Source: Octopus sinensis (Eukaryota). From it: a stretch of DNA of 64,000 nt. Below, one piece after another: positions 26,911 to 39,950 of the stretch (the first letter of the stretch is position 1; each line of letters opens with the position of its first letter). The DNA lies in contig NC_043012.1 of the NCBI RefSeq assembly GCF_006345805.1, positions 6,696,001 to 6,760,000 of the forward strand, written 5' to 3'. A program made the translations under genes and the position numbers. The notes beneath the pieces were generated by a model. That model saw nothing but the letters and a program-made list of their open reading frames with translations, was not told the origin of the DNA and searched no databases.

Positions 26911-27214
26911 TAATAATAACAACAACAACAACAATAATAACAGTAAGAACAATAATAATAATAACAACAAAAACCTACAACTACAGCAGTAATAATGACA
27001 ATCATAAATACAATGTGCTTTTAGTTTAAAAGTTTTCCTGAGTAAATAAATGTTCTTTTATTAATAAAAGAACAGAAATCGCAAATATAATTGGAGCATT
27101 CATAATAATGTTTTCCACCGAATCGGAAAGACAATATCCTCCAACTTAATGTCCTTATCGCATGCAATAACTTTCATAACAAACAGCTTTGTGTGGCATA
27201 TAGTGTATATGTTT

Positions 27215-27450
27215 TGCTGTGTGTGAGTGTGTGCGTGTGTGTGTGTGTGTGTGTGTGCGTGTGTGTGTGTGTATGCATGCTCGAGCATGTGTGTGTGTGT
27301 GTTATACATATCTTTGCATATATATCAGTGTGGATGCATGTGTATATGTGTTTAAGAAGATGTGTTGTATGATGCATGTCAGTGTGCGATTGGATCTTTG
27401 TGTGGGTGTGTGTATATATATATATATACATACACATCACTCTACATATG

Positions 27451-27484
<34 letters not shown>

Positions 27485-28590
27485 AGTATGTGTGTGTGTG
27501 TATATATACATATGGTGGTGTATGTATGAGTCTATTTGTGTATGTAAGTGTGTGTATGTATACAGTGAATTTGTCTTTTTGTGCATCTAATCAGTTTATT
27601 ATGTATCTGTGTTGTGTGTATGTTTGCATATGTATGTTTGTGTATGTGTGTGTGTGTGTGCATGTGTGTGTGTGTGTGTGTTGGGTTGTGTGGCTGACAT
27701 TGGAGCCAACTTTCTCCACAATTAATACCATTCTGTTGTCTTGTTGGAATCAACATTTGCTGTCCTATATTCTGCCACTCAACATATGGACACACAAATG
27801 CAGACACAGAGACACACACACACACTCACACACACGCATGCATGTACATACACATACACAAGCACACACACATGCACACACAAACACAAACACACGCGGC
27901 ACATCACACAAACGCATACACAAACACACACATACACACACACATATGCACATACATACACTCATGCACATACACACGTAGATCCAGGCATTATACAGAA
28001 AAGCACACATACAATCTGTACATTTTAAAATCACACAGATGCAGACACAGATGCAGACACATACATATATATACAGAGGCAAATGCATTCATACAGACAG
28101 AAACACACAGAGATGCATGCATGTGGACACATACGGACACACATACACACATATACAGATACAAACACACACACAAAGATACACTTACAGATGCATACAC
28201 ACACATACTCACATGCACACACATAAATACAAACGCACACACATACAAACACACGCATACACAGATATAAATACAAAGGTTTGCATAGCTACAAACACGC
28301 ATATACATAGATACAAACACGTACACACATACACATATAGAATCAAACACAGACACACATACACAAACACACACATGCATACAAATAGATACAAACACTT
28401 GTGCATAGAGATGCAAATTCACACACACACACACACACAATTACATACACTCATAGATAGAAACATAAAAATACACACACACATATAAATTCAAACACAT
28501 ATATCCAAACACATACGAACACATAGACACATAGATACAAACACAAACACACACACACACACATGTACCCAAACACACATAGATAAATTG
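27215..28590. repeat. Degenerate (TG)n then (CA)n field
   Basis: TG-rich at about 27215-27680 and CA-rich at about 27790-28590. Confidence 0.9.
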
Positions 28591-29137
28591 TGGTTACATA
28601 GCCACGGAGAGGAATGTAATAGAATGAAAATATTTTGGAAAATATTTAGGATTTTGTTTTAGAGTCCAATTTCACAGACTTGCAGGCTACAAGGCGGCAG
28701 CAGAGATCTTGAAGAATCAAAAGAAAGGAATAATTAATAAACTTATATTTTTATGATGCAAAATATTTCTCTGCAATATAATTACGGTGCGGGACAGCAA
28801 AACACTTTAATTAATATTTCTTTAAAAAAATAATCTATAGAAAAAAAAATAATGAATAAGCATTGTTGTGTGGTAAAAATTTGCTTCCTAACCATAGGGC
28901 TTTCAGTTTGGTTCCATTGAGTGGCATCTTGGGCAAGTGTCTTATACTATAGCCTCAGGCCGACCAATGGCTTAGAAGTAAGGGTGGCGAGCTGGCAGAA
29001 TCGTTAGCACAGCGGGTGAAATGCTTAGCGGTATTTCATCTGCCGTTATGTTCTGAGTTCAAACTCCGCCGAGGTCAACTTTGCCTTTCATCCTTTCAGG
29101 GTCGATTAAATAAGTACCAGTTATACACTCATCTATT

Positions 29138-29171
<34 letters not shown>

Positions 29172-30643
29172 TACACACACATATATATATACACACACAC
29201 ATATATATATACACATATATGCATATATATCTATGTTTGTGTGTATCTTTCTGTCTGTTTCACATCCACCACCACCACTTGACAACTGGTGTTGGCCTAT
29301 TCACAACCCTACAACTTAGTGGTTCAGCAAAAGAGACTGATAGAATGGGCTTAAAAATAAAAAGTCCTAGGATTGATTCATTTGACCAAAACTCTTCAAG
29401 GAGGTGCCCCAGTATGGCCACAGTAAAATGACAGAAACAAAATAATAATAATAATAATAATATTAATGGTTTGAAATGTTGGTACAAGGCCATTAAGATT
29501 GGGGGAGGGTGTAACTACTCAACTGGTACTTATTTTATCAACCCTGGAAGGATGAAAGGCAAAGTTGACCTCAGTGGAATTTGAACTCAGAACGTAAGGA
29601 TGGAGGAAATACTACTAAGCATTTTACCTGGCGTGCAAATGATTCAGTCAGCTTGCCACCTTAACAACAAGGACGACGACGACGACGATGATGATGATGA
29701 TGATGATGATGATATCATGTGTAAATTTTTTATTGCTTAAAGCGATCTTAAATGGTTAAAGAATTCTTCTCAAAGCAAATAAACGTGATTTTATATCTAG
29801 AAATGAATGACATCCAAAAGTAGATAAGATTCTCAAAAGTTTAATACATTTTGGGGAAGACCACATTTATTCCTCCTCCTTTTCTTAATCTTCTACAATA
29901 AAAATATAAATTTTCTCTAGAAAATGAAATCTTGATAAAATATTTTGATGATTTCTTAGAAACCGGAGAGAGATGTTAAAAATGGAGAAAAAAGGAGATA
30001 ATTATTGAAATAAATAAATAAATAAATGAATAAATAATATAAGTGAAGTTTTATAGAAAATAAATCTATTTCTACCTTGGGAATTTGAAATCATTAAATA
30101 TATTTTGAAAACAGCATAATCTGAATTTTGCAATAAATAAATAACGTTGTTGTTGTCGTTGTCGTGGTGGTACTGTTTAGCCCCAGGACAATCCTGTTTG
30201 AGAAAACATATGATCAAAGGTGTTCTAGCCACAATCATTTTGAGTTTTTTTTTTATATTACTTATATGTTTTTGTTGTCCTTCTTTTCGTAAGATGGCAG
30301 CAGTATAATCTGCAGGTGGCTTTGTTTCTATTTCTTGTAGCTTGACTAATCTCATAGACTCATCCACACCGTTTTATATTGATGTTGCTGCAACTAGGAC
30401 AAAGTATCATCATCATCATCGTCATCTTCGTTGTCGCCGTCATCATCATCATCACCACCACCATCATCAGAATCCTCCTCATCATCATCATCGTCGTCGT
30501 CGTCATCATCATCATCATTATCACCTTCACCACAGCCACCAAAAGACTGGGAGATTATTATGTCACTTGAGAGAGGTAGGGTCAGGGGGATGGAGGTCCA
30601 CTGGAAGGATTTCCCCAACATGGTGGTCATATATAGAATTGGT

Positions 30644-30845
30644 GCAGGTGTGGCTGTGTGGTAAGAAGCTAGCTTCCCAACCACATGGCTCTGGGTTCAG
30701 TCCCACTGCATGGCACCTTAGGCAAGTATCTTCTACTATAACTTCAGGCCGACCAAAGCCTTGTGTGTAGATTTGGTAGATAGAAACTGAAAGAAGCCCA
30801 TCGTACATATATATATACATATATATGTATATATACATGCATACG

Positions 30846-30893
<48 letters not shown>

Positions 30894-31110
30894 TATATAT
30901 GTATTTCTTCCTGTGTCTGTGTTTGTTGCTCCACCATTGCTTGACAACCGATGTTAGTGTGTTTATGTTCCCGTAACTTGGTACTCTGGCAAAATGGACT
31001 GATAGAATAAGTACAAGGCTTACAAATAAGTCCTTGGGTTGATCTGTTTTACTAAAGGCAGTGCTCCAGCATAGCCACAGTTAAATGACTGAAACAAGTA
31101 AAAGAACAAA
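30644..31110 (+). mobile_element. SINE family B copy
   Basis: Same head, internal microsatellite and tail as 19414-19823. Confidence 0.78.
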
Positions 31111-31194
31111 AGAATATATATACACACACACACACACGATTTTCACATACACACACATGCTTGCGCACCTTAGTTCGTTGGGTGTCTCTGTTAC

Positions 31195-31225
<31 letters not shown>

Positions 31226-31534
31226 GTCTTTATTATCATCATTATCATTTTTATTATCGTTGTCATCATCATCATCATCATCATCATAATCTCCCTTTAT
31301 TTAAACCTTTTTTTTTCAGTCATCTTGCCATGTTGGACCATTGAACGCTGCACATCGTTTTTTCTCCATTGTTTCATTCTCTCTCCAATTTTTTCCCTCT
31401 TAATCCTTTCTGTCAAAGAGCGAGGGCTCAAAACATAAAAGACTTTTCCATTTTCCCCAGCGTTAAGCTAATATACCTGCTTGTTGCTCCTACACCTGTC
31501 TTCATCTTTTGTTTTCTGTAAATTTGAACTATAG

Positions 31535-31600
<66 letters not shown>

Positions 31601-31812
31601 ACGAATAGATAGATAGACAAATATATTATACATGCACCCATGTATATATAGTACAAAACAAATCAAAGAATTAAACAACCAAACTCCTGGAAAAGCAAAA
31701 TCTCTTCTGCAATAAAACAACAACAATACACAAATCAGTGACAAGGGAATATCAAATGAAACCAAAAACCCAAATAATCCAACAAAACCCAGCACAAATG
31801 CATCAGACTTAC

Positions 31813-32094
31813 CATCAACACAAGCATATTCTATGGAATATTCTGATATGTGTGGAGCCAGACGATTACAAGCAGGAGAGCGTAATTGCAAAATGCAAGG
31901 ATTAGCTTTGTGACACATTTTTTTAAGGTATTTCAAACAACCCTTAACAAACGTCCGTCGGACTCCAGATGTGATTGACATGACAACAACCCAACCTTTT
32001 CTCCAGCATCCTATAGACGTACTGCTCAGGCCTGCTGAACATGTTGGTATCTTAAAATCAGGTCGAGGTTCGATGATTGGACATCGATGGTCAT
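31813..32094 (-). CDS. Internal host exon (282 nt, phase 1-1) encoding a Cys-rich extracellular module, possibly SUEL/galactose-binding lectin-like
   Basis: Acceptor TTTTCTCTTTCTCTGTCTTTTGCAG| and donor GATG|GTAAGT. The frame is open for 94 codons: DHRCPIIEPRPDFKIPTCSAGLSSTSIGCWRKGWVVVMSITSGVRRTFVKGCLKYLKKMCHKANPCILQLRSPACNRLAPHISEYSIEYACVD (8 Cys, C-x5-C and Y-x-C end). The domain call is by eye only. Confidence 0.7.
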
Positions 32095-32173
32095 CTGCAA
32101 AAGACAGAGAAAGAGAAAATTATTGGAATATAATGTAATGAAATAATGATATTGTTTTATAAGACTGAAATTG

Positions 32174-32216
<43 letters not shown>

Positions 32217-32535
32217 CATACATATACATACATAGATTCAGATGAATTAGGTGCCAGAATTTAGTACGGTATTATCCATACAGTTTCAAAATAAGGTGAT
32301 TAAAATCAAAATAAGCAACAGGGATATCCAGAGGTAATGCAGTATGATCGTTTCGAGTGACTCCATTTAATTGAACAGTGCAACCATTACATCAATTTAA
32401 ATGCAGAGCAATCCTCAGCTGCATAAATACATAGAATTAAATTAAATTAAAACAGTTGGACACATTAGTATAATTTTACCTGAAACCTCCAAGAAAGTAA
32501 GGAGATAGACAAAGAACATGCTGTCTTCACTTCAG

Positions 32536-32579
<44 letters not shown>

Positions 32580-32775
32580 GGGTATGAGAGGCATTGGTGT
32601 CAGGTAATGCTGAGTAGTGCTATGGACAGATTATAGTTAAGCTTCAGGTTTGATGATGATACGAATGAGGAGTCCAGCATAGATTGTATATTAGCATGCA
32701 TATATATAAAAAATTCACAGAATAAGATAAAAAATCCAAGGCTGTGAAAGTTTTCAGAACATTTATAAAGAGAAG

Positions 32776-32823
32776 GTCTTACAGCTGTTTCTGGGATATT
32801 TTATATATTCCTTCATCAGAGAC
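32776..32823 (-). ncRNA. Minimal hammerhead motif (family 2)
   Basis: GUCU-CUGAUGA-AGGAAUAU...AUAUCCCA-GAA-ACAGCUGU-A-AGAC, with palindromic helix III ACAGCUGU. Confidence 0.62.
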
Positions 32824-33051
32824 GGTGCGAGAAAATGTTTATGTAATAGTTATTATAGAGAAGATATGAGATACAGAGTGAAGTGGAGGAATGAAAACAG
32901 ATGTGAGATACATAAGGATATTGTATTTGCAGTTCCATTATTTAAGCAGAATGGTATGCATATAAGATTCCTGTACCTTGTGTGTGAGTTCCAATGGTGT
33001 TTATAATTAGTCATCCCAAGCATAGAGTCTTGTAAATGGTGTTATTCGATG

Positions 33052-33085
<34 letters not shown>

Positions 33086-33139
33086 TGTATGTATGTATGT
33101 ATGTATATATGTATGTATGTATGTATGTATATATGTATG

Positions 33140-33171
<32 letters not shown>

Positions 33172-33207
33172 CATGCATGTATGTATGTATGTATGTATGT
33201 ATTTATG

Positions 33208-33241
<34 letters not shown>

Positions 33242-33440
33242 TGTATGTATGTATGTATGTATATATGTAGCAGTGTGGTAAGAAGCTGGATTCTCAACCA
33301 CATAGTTCCGGGTTAAGTCCCACAGCATGACATCTTGGGCAAGTGTCTTCTCCTATAGCCTCAGGCCGACCAAAGCCTTGTGAATGGATTTGTAGAAGGA
33401 AACTAAAAGAAACCTGTCATACTGTTGTGTATGTGTGTGT

Positions 33441-35079
33441 ATCATCATCATCATCGTCGTTTAACGTCCGTTCTCCATGCTAGCATGGGTTGGACAGTTC
33501 AACTGGGGTCTGGGAAGCCAGAAGGCTGCACCAGGCTCCAGTCTAATTTGGCAATGTTTCTACAGCTGGATGCCCTTCCTAACGCCAACCACTCCGTGAG
33601 TGTAGTGGGTGCTTTTTACGTGCCACCTGCACAGGTGCCAGGCGGGGCTGGCAACGGCCACGGTCAGATTGGTGTATTTTATGTGCCACCGGCACGGAAG
33701 CCAGTCGAGGTGGTGCTGGCATCGGCCACGAGTCGGATAGTGCTTTTTACGTACCACCAGACCAGGGATCCTGGCTGGTTCAATTCGATTTCGATTTCGC
33801 TTGCCCCAACATGTCTTCACAAGCAAAGGGGGTTGGCAAGGGTGCCTGTCGTACGGTCGCATTGGAGTATTTTACGTGCCACGGCCACGAGTCGGATAGT
33901 GCTTTTACGTACCACCAGACCAGGGATCCTGGCTGGTTCAATTCGATTTCGATTTCGCTTGCCCCAACATGTCTTCACAAGCAAAGGGGGTTGGCATGGG
34001 TGCCTGTCGTACGGTCGCATTGGAGTATTTTACGTGCCACGGCCCCGAGTCGGATAGTGCTTTTTACGTACCACCAGGCCAGGGATCCTGGCTGGTTCAA
34101 TTCGGTTTCGATTTCGATTTCGATTTCGCTTGCCCCAACATGTCTTCGCAAGCATGGGGGGTTGGGATGGGTGTCTGTCGTCGGATGAGGTTCTATATCG
34201 ACTTCGCTTGCCTCAACCGGTCTTTGTGTCCAAGGGAGGAAAGGCATTCATAAGTGGGCTGGGCTCACTTGTCCTGCCTGGTCTTCTCACGTACAGAATA
34301 TTTCCAAAGGTCTCGGTCTCTGGTCATTTCCTCAGTGAGGCCTAAAGTTCGAAGGTCGTGCTTCACCACCACCTCGTCCCAGGTTTTCCTGGGTCTACCT
34401 CTTCCACGGGTTCCCTCAACTGCTAGGGATTGGCACTTTCTCACACACCTATCTTCATCCATTCTCGCCACATGACCATACCAGCGCAATCGTCTCTCTT
34501 GCACACCACAACTGATGCTTCTTAGGTACAACATTTCTCTCAAGGTGCTAACGCTCTGTCGAGTATGTACACTGACATTACACATCCATCGGAGCATACT
34601 GGCTTCATTCCTCACGAGCTTACGCATGTCCTCAGCAGTCACAGCCCATGTTTCGCTGCCATGTAGCATGGCTGTTCGTACACACGCATCATACAGTCTG
34701 CCTTTTACTCTGATGAGAGGCCTTTAAGTCACCTGCAGAGGTAAGAGCTCCCTAAACTTTGCCCAGGCTATTCTTATTCTAGCAGTTACACTTTCAGTTA
34801 AGGCACCCACCCCCACTACTGACTTGGTCACCTAGATAACGGAAGCTATCAACTACTTCTAGTTTTTCCCCCTGGAAGTGACGGAAGTTGTTTTCTGCAG
34901 ATTTTCGGAGGTTAATGCTCCCGAGCATCTGCCACATACAAAAACTATCTTCCCAGTTAGCCTACCTTTGACATTGCTGCACCTCTTATGTGTCCATAGC
35001 TTACACTGGGTACATCTTATAGAGTTTCTACCTACACCTTTTCTACAGATCGAGCAGGGCCATCTTCCTGAAGATGTAT
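33441..35079 (-). mobile_element. RTE-clade LINE, 5'-truncated, degenerate; PHD-like insert, ORF2 C-terminus, long 3' UTR and (GAT)n tail
   Basis: The minus strand reads WPCSICRKGVGRNSIRCTQCKLWTHKRC...CGRC, then EKLEVVDSFRYLG, ARIRIAWAKFRELLP and MLHGSETW...RRLRWYGHVARM...RGRGRPRKTW. Frameshifts lie near 34880 and 34730. The element ends in TTAAACGACGATGATGATG. Confidence 0.9.
33725..34183. repeat. 158-159 bp tandem repeat, about 3 units, inside the RTE 3' UTR
   Basis: Unit starts at 33725, 33884 and 34042. Confidence 0.9.
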
Positions 35080-35295
35080 TATATATATATATATATTATA
35101 TATATATATATATATACATATATATGTATATGTTTGTGTGTCTGTGTTTGTGCCCCCATCACTTGAGAACTAGTGTTGGTGTGTTTACATTCTCGTAACT
35201 TAGCGGTTTGGCCAAAGTGACTGACAGAAAAAGTCCTGGGGTCAATTTGTTCAACAAAAGGCGGTGCTCCAGCATGGACACAGCAAAATTTATAT

Positions 35296-35329
<34 letters not shown>

Positions 35330-35638
35330 TATATATATAGACAGCAAAATTTGTTCCGTTATGTACAAATGCATATAAATATTGTATATATATACAAATA
35401 TGTGTATAAGCATTTTATATATACACACGTGTATGTGTGTGTGTGTGTGTGTGGGTGTGCAATATTAATTTAGAAATAATTTCCAATTTCCAATATTACA
35501 TTGATAACTGATTCATTATGTGACAATTTTTTTTTTTAATTACAATCAACATGAAATATCTTATTACAATGAAGAATAAATAGCAGTTTATAATAATTAT
35601 GAATAATTATATTTATATATACACACATACATACACAC

Positions 35639-35693
<55 letters not shown>

Positions 35694-35750
35694 ATTTTGT
35701 TTCTTATATTAAGTACTTTTATTTCTTGATTATAATACATCCTTACACAA

Positions 35751-35784
<34 letters not shown>

Positions 35785-38169
35785 ACGGCATGACTGTGGT
35801 TTAAAAGCATACTTCCCAAGCATCTGGTCATGGGTTTAGTTCTGCTGCACCCCACTTGGCCAAGTGTCTATTGCATTAGAACCAGGCTGACCAAAGCCCA
35901 GTAGGAATACACGGTAGATGGGAATTGAGAAAAAATAAAATGTCTCCTTTGTGAGCCATGCCAGGCTCTTGAGGACCGGTTTCCTGGTTTCAGTTGCGTA
36001 TATGATCCCCACCTGGATGGGACGCCAGTCCATCGTAGGATTACTCATTTTTTGCGAACTGAGTGGACTGGAGTAAAGTGAAATGAAGTGTCTTGCTCAA
36101 GAACACAATGTGTTGCTTGGTCCAGGAATTATTGAAATCACAATCTTACAATCATGAGTATATATATATCATCATCGTTTAGCGTCTGCTTTCCATGCTA
36201 GCATGGGTTGGACAGTTCAACTGGGGTCTGGGAAGCCAGAAGGCTGCACCAGGCCCAGTCTGATCTGGCAGTGTTTCTACGGCTGGATGCCCTTCCTAAC
36301 GCCAACGGGATATATACATATGTATATGTATATAGAGATAGATAGATAGATAGATAGATAGGGAGAGAGAGACAGAGAGAAACAGAGATAGAGATAGAGA
36401 GAGGCAGAGAGAACAAGTATGTGTGATACATGTTCAGATGTTGATGAGCAATGTCATGCTAATCAGTCATCTAGTCATTTCTTTTTGTGGAGCATGTGTC
36501 CTTCTATCTGTCTGTTCCTCTGTCTTCTATCTCTCTCTCTCTCCCTCACTCTCTCCCTCTCTGTCTGTCTATCTATCTATCTATCTATCATTCTCCCTAT
36601 CTACCTATTTAACTATCTATTTATTTATGTGTGTGTGTAATATAACTGAAACGTTTGTTGGGCACAAAAAGTGTTTTGTTGGTTTGTGTATTGATTGTGT
36701 CTTTCAATGTTGAAGGAGACAATATTGATCTGACAGCTATCAGAGAAGGTTTTTCAAGATCCCTATCCATAGAAATAGTGTGGTTTTTTTTTCATGAAGT
36801 GCCCCAGGTTGCATGTAAGTGATATTCGAATGTGAAAGATTATGCAGGTTACAGTGAAGCAAATGATGGTATCGTCTTGATAGGAATAAGAAGTTTTAGA
36901 ACTGACAGCAAGTAAGTCAATAATACCTGAGAGAATGAGAATGGAGGTAAAACCTAACCTTGAGACACACAGCAGTTAATATTGTGTGGGTTAAAGACAA
37001 CCCCAAGTGCACACATATGGCATTGTAATCTGATAGAAAATTGTAAATTCAGGTAGTTAGTGTGTAGACAAGGTAAAAATATGTATAGTTTGAACCCTTT
37101 TGATAGCAATTCACGTGTTTAAAATTATCTAAATTAAGAACTTCCAGCAAAATTTTGCATTAATTTATATTCCTTACACCAGCTTAATAATGATTTCAAA
37201 TTTTGGTACAAGGTCAGCAGTTGTATGGGATAGAGAAGTTGATTACATTGTGCCCAGTGTTCAACTGGTACATAGTTTATTGATCCCAAAAGGATGAGAG
37301 GTAAAGCTGACCTCAGCAGAATCTAAACACAGAATGTAAAACAGACAAAATGCCACCATTTTGTCCAGCAAGCTGATGATTCTGCCTGTTCGTCGCCTTA
37401 ACACCAGCTGAATAAGAACAAAATGATTTTACTAAATTTCTCATTATTTTTAGAATTAATCAAAACACTGACAGTGTATTTCAGTAGAAATATGATAACG
37501 AAAGGGTTAAAACATTGGGAGCATTGGGAGTTCACAGTCATTCAGACCCTTTATACATCAAATCAAAATATTCCTTGTTGTTTTTATTTTAAAGGACAAC
37601 TTCAAGAAACCATAATTAATCTTCCATTGTATCTATAACTCTCTAAAAGCAGCCACCAACATCTTCAATCTTCATAATAACCAGATCAGGAACAGTCCAC
37701 CATAACTGAGAAACAGGTCACATGAGACATAGGGTCACATCACAAAAAGAATTGAAAGTGGTTTTCCATTAAGCCTGCCATTCAGAAAGTCCTGCAAGCT
37801 CAAGTTTTCCCATGAATGAACTTGATATTCACATCACAAGCAATTCTCAGATTACTACAGCTCAGTGACATAGCTAAAGTGTGTGCCATCCACGGAAGCC
37901 CTTGATTTAGCTGCTCTCCACAGCTGTCCCCTATACAGGCTTATACAGCAGACCCGAAGGTGCCACTTCTTCTGTACCACCACCACTACAACCACCACCA
38001 CCACAATTCCACCTCAGCTGCACTGGTGTCATGACCATCACTGCTACTAACAATACCATCGCTATCACTAATGTTATCACCTACACTTTCACCCTTATCA
38101 TTACCACCAGCACCAGCACCAGCACCATCATCACTGCCATCACTAAAACAGCAACAACACCATCACTGC

Positions 38170-39030
38170 CACCATTTCTAGAATTACTACTACTACTACC
38201 ACCACTGCCGCTGCTGCCAACACCACCACCACCACCATCACTAACACTGTAACATCACCACCAGTGCCACCATCTTCAGAATTACTACTACCACCAGCAC
38301 CAGCACCAGCACCAGCACCACCACCACCACCACCACCAGCATCAACAGCACCACTATCACTACCACCATCACATCACCATTAAGGCCACAACTGTCTTCA
38401 CCAACCCCCCTCCACCAATTCCACCATCACCACCACCAACCCAGCTACAGTACAACCACTGCCACCATCATCAGAATTACTACTACCACCAACACCATCA
38501 CCACCACCACCACCACCACCACCACCAACAGCACCACAATTACTACCATCATCACATCACCATTAAGGCCACAACTGTCTTCACCAACCCCCCTCCACCA
38601 ATTCCACCATCACCACCACCAACCCAGCTACAGTACAACCACTGCCACCATCATCAGAATTACTACTACCACCAACACCATCACCACCACCACCACCACC
38701 ACCACCACCAACAGCACCACAATTACTACCATCATCACATCACCATTAAGGCCACAACTGTCTTCATCAACCCTCCTCCAGCACCACCACCACCGACAAC
38801 CCAGCAACAGTACCCCCAACACCACCATCACCAGAATTACTACTACCACCGACACTACCACTACCATCACCACCACCACTATCACTACCATTATCACCAT
38901 TCAGGCCACAACTGTCTTCACCGATCAGACCCCCTCCAACAACACCATCACCACCACCACCAACCCAGCAACAGTACCACCTCCACCAGAATTACTACTA
39001 CCACTAACAGCAACACCTCTACTACAACCA
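38170..39030 (+). repeat. CAC/ACC-rich compound minisatellite with units of about 155-195 bp
   Basis: The CAGAATTACTAC anchor recurs at 38277, 38472, 38655, 38832 and 38987. Confidence 0.85.
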
Positions 39031-39904
39031 TTACTCTTTTGATCAGTGTATGATGCCAAAGGCCATGCTTTCTGCTACACCCATTCAGTCTTACGATGAG
39101 AAATGTAAATGTTTTCTTTACATAAACTTCTGTTAATTTCTCTTGAAACGAACAAATGTTATTATTAAATCTAGGAAATTCATTTTTAAAATTAATAAAA
39201 ATATTTACACAAAATTTTAATTTTTATCTTTTGTTTGTTCTTTTTAAATAATTATGACATTTTGAAGAACATTGGATTATCGGCATTGTTGTTGTTGTTG
39301 CATAAAATGTTGTGTGGTAGCTGTCCCAACATCTTTTTTAAAAAATCTATATTCTGAGCTCAAATCCCACCAAGACTGAACTGTGCTTTTCATCCTTCAA
39401 GGGTCGATAAGAAGGACGGAAGACCAGTTAAATACTGAGGTCTGATGTAATTGGCAGTACCTCCATCCCTCTTTCCAAATTAACATTCAAAAGGGCTGAC
39501 AAATAGCATCGCGCTTGAAACTCAAGAGTACCAACGAATTTGAATCAAACTGTTTTGATCCGTGGGTCATTCAAACACAAGGAAGCTAAAAAACAAGCAC
39601 GTGGATCCTGTTGATACCACCAAGAAACAATAATGAACTTCTTTACTACACTCAACTTGAAATTTATAGCTATTATACCTACCACCGACAAAACACCACC
39701 ACATGGATTCTATTGAGACCAGTAAGAAACAATTATGAACTTTTCTATTACACTTTACATTTTATAATATTTTTGATAAGGTTCGTTTTTTCAAGAACCG
39801 AAACATGTAAAATTCATAAGAAAATTAAAATTTATCTAATATAGTGGCGTTTTCAGACTTCTTTTTTACAAATATAGACCCACTCGTATACGATCTACTC
39901 TTAT

Positions 39905-39950
<46 letters not shown>

